Positions 62,377-64,000 of a stretch of 64,000 bases of DNA are shown here, one piece after another (within the stretch, counting starts at the first letter, position 1; each line of letters starts with the position of its first letter). This DNA is from Orbicella franksi (lineage: Eukaryota). The translations under genes and the position numbers were made by a program. Where the stretch lies: positions 3,100,001 to 3,164,000 of the forward strand of contig OZ116709.1 of the NCBI GenBank assembly GCA_964199315.1. The letters are read 5' to 3'. Below the pieces are notes generated by a model, which saw only the letters and a program-made list of their open reading frames with translations, did no database searches and had not been told where the DNA came from.

Positions 62377-63868
62377 TCAGTCCCCGACAAGCATGACACA
62401 TTTTTTAATCCCCACAGTCCCACACATAGGACACAAGTAACACTTAACAGCATTCTGAAAGGCAGGCTTTCTGCATAAAATGCACATCTTCACGTTTGGC
62501 GGTCCAGGCGGCTTATGAAAATGGCACACCATGGCGGACCGTTGATCGTCTTTCCATGTCGTAAAGCGTCCACAAATGAAACATGAATCTTTGTTCAATT
62601 GAAACACGTCTCCAAAAGCCCCCCGCCTTGTACTGCAGAACTGGCAAATGTGAACGTCGTGGGCAAATGCTGTTCCCTGATGAAGTAATTTGTTACAACG
62701 GAGATCCTGAAAAGAAAAAGTAGGAGTTTATTATTAGTAAACGTAAAGACTTCATATCTAGACCTTTCCAAGGCAAGTGACTTCAGTTGTCAAGCTGGTG
62801 TTCGAATCCAGTTTCAATAACCGTGATGAAGTTACTGGTACCCAGTGCCAGAGGTAGATCCCCGAGCATTTTGTCAGGGTTTGAACTCAGAGCTCTCGAA
62901 TAGGAGTCCTGCATACTAACTATAAAGCCATCGCGCCTGTCACAGTTTAGTACAAGGCGTGTAAAAATTGCAATTAATCAAATTAACTATAAAGAAGGCG
63001 AAAATATCCTAGTTTTTAAGGCCGTAAAAACACCTCATGACGAAAAAGGCAAAAAGGGGAAAAATATCTTAAAAGTAATAAGACAATAATTTATCTCCAG
63101 TGTTTTATATTCAAACTACCTTGTAGTAGCTGATTTTCCAAAAGCCAGGTTTGTTTATGGAGCGCTGATCCTTTCTCAGGAATTCCAACAGTCTTTTCTT
63201 TTCTCCAGCTAATTTGAGTTGTTCTGGCACCATGTAGATCACTCGCTCTTCATCTTTGCAGTGATCTGCAAAGAAATCTGCCAGTTTTAAATGAAACTTT
63301 TTCTTTTCCTCAAAATCTACGAGAATGGTTTCCAATACAACCTGCGAGAAAAAAGAAGAGGCGTTCATGAACTGGAGGGGATCTGTAATGTACACTGGTC
63401 AAAGAGCGAAGAGCATTGACTTTTTCAAGGATATATAAAGAAGACGTTTATAACATTTTCATGTAACAAAGTAATAAACATCTTTATATAACACAAAAAA
63501 GATACTTTGTGCACTGCGATTGGTTAAAAAACTTTGTAGCACAACTCAATGAAAACAGACAATCGTTTAATTAAAACATGATGTACGTTTTCCTTTTGTT
63601 CCCAACCATGAAAGTCTGCTATGAACAGTCAGTTAAGAAAAATACAGATTAAACAGTCTGGTTACGTAACCTCTTGTATTGATGCGTGGAAGAAATCGAG
63701 TCTTTCCTGTTCTCTTCTCCCTCCAATGTTTCTAAGAAATGGTTTTAATGTACGTCTTACTTCAGCCCACATCATCATCGGGACAGACTCAGTGAAATCA
63801 TCACTGAGGAGATATTGGAGCTCAGTTTCCCTTAAGCCACCTTTACTACACGCCAGCAGCCCTAAAAC
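62377..63868 (-). CDS. Last three exons of a NACHT/TEP1/NWD/NPHP3-like gene ending in a PHF5-like zinc-knot domain; 5' part lies beyond the window end
   Basis: Exons 63671-63868 (VLGLLACSKGGLRETELQYLL..MWAEVRRTLKPFL..LDFFHASIQE), 63120-63341 and 62377-62706 are all phase 0 with GT-AG boundaries. The first resembles the winged-helix region after the NTPase of TEP1/NWD/NPHP3-type proteins; the NTPase itself is not in the window. Confidence 0.8.
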
Positions 63869-64000
63869 CTACGAGAGAGAGAGAGAGAAAAAAAACTGGA
63901 CATAATTTTATTGGAATCTGTGAGACAAAAATCTCTAAACTCGGCAGTATAGCTTTCCGGAAAGGGACTGTCGTGTTTATGCAGGGACATTGCTAAGCAA

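Overview
This is AT-rich, intron-rich animal genomic DNA; the repeat families suggest a stony coral (inference). It contains no prokaryotic operons, rRNA, full tRNA or CRISPR array. Host genes rebuilt by hand from GT-AG sites and reading phase: UPB1 (minus strand, 8 exons, cut by the window start); head-to-head with it a complete 18-exon AACS; a 2-coding-exon type I membrane protein whose TM segment resembles TMEM132 but whose ectodomain does not; a 5-exon SLC15A4-like peptide/histidine transporter; an intronless F-box/LRR gene; and the last three exons of a NACHT/TEP1/NPHP3-like gene (minus strand, cut by the window end) ending in a 12-ligand PHF5A/Rds3-like zinc-knot domain. Two delimited but decayed DNA transposons are present. 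One is a 4.2-kb IS3EU-type element (TAC..GTA ends, 6-bp TSD CATTCT, arrays of 21-23-bp subterminal repeats) in SLC15 intron 2, carrying a HECT ubiquitin-ligase cargo gene convergent with a truncated DDE transposase. The other is a 3.6-kb Academ element. There are also many MITEs, SINEs and microsatellites, and a candidate unannotated multi-exon locus at 34-38 kb. The best leads are the HECT-carrying IS3EU element and the STAND-like/PHF5-like fusion. All family calls come from motif recognition, not database searches.
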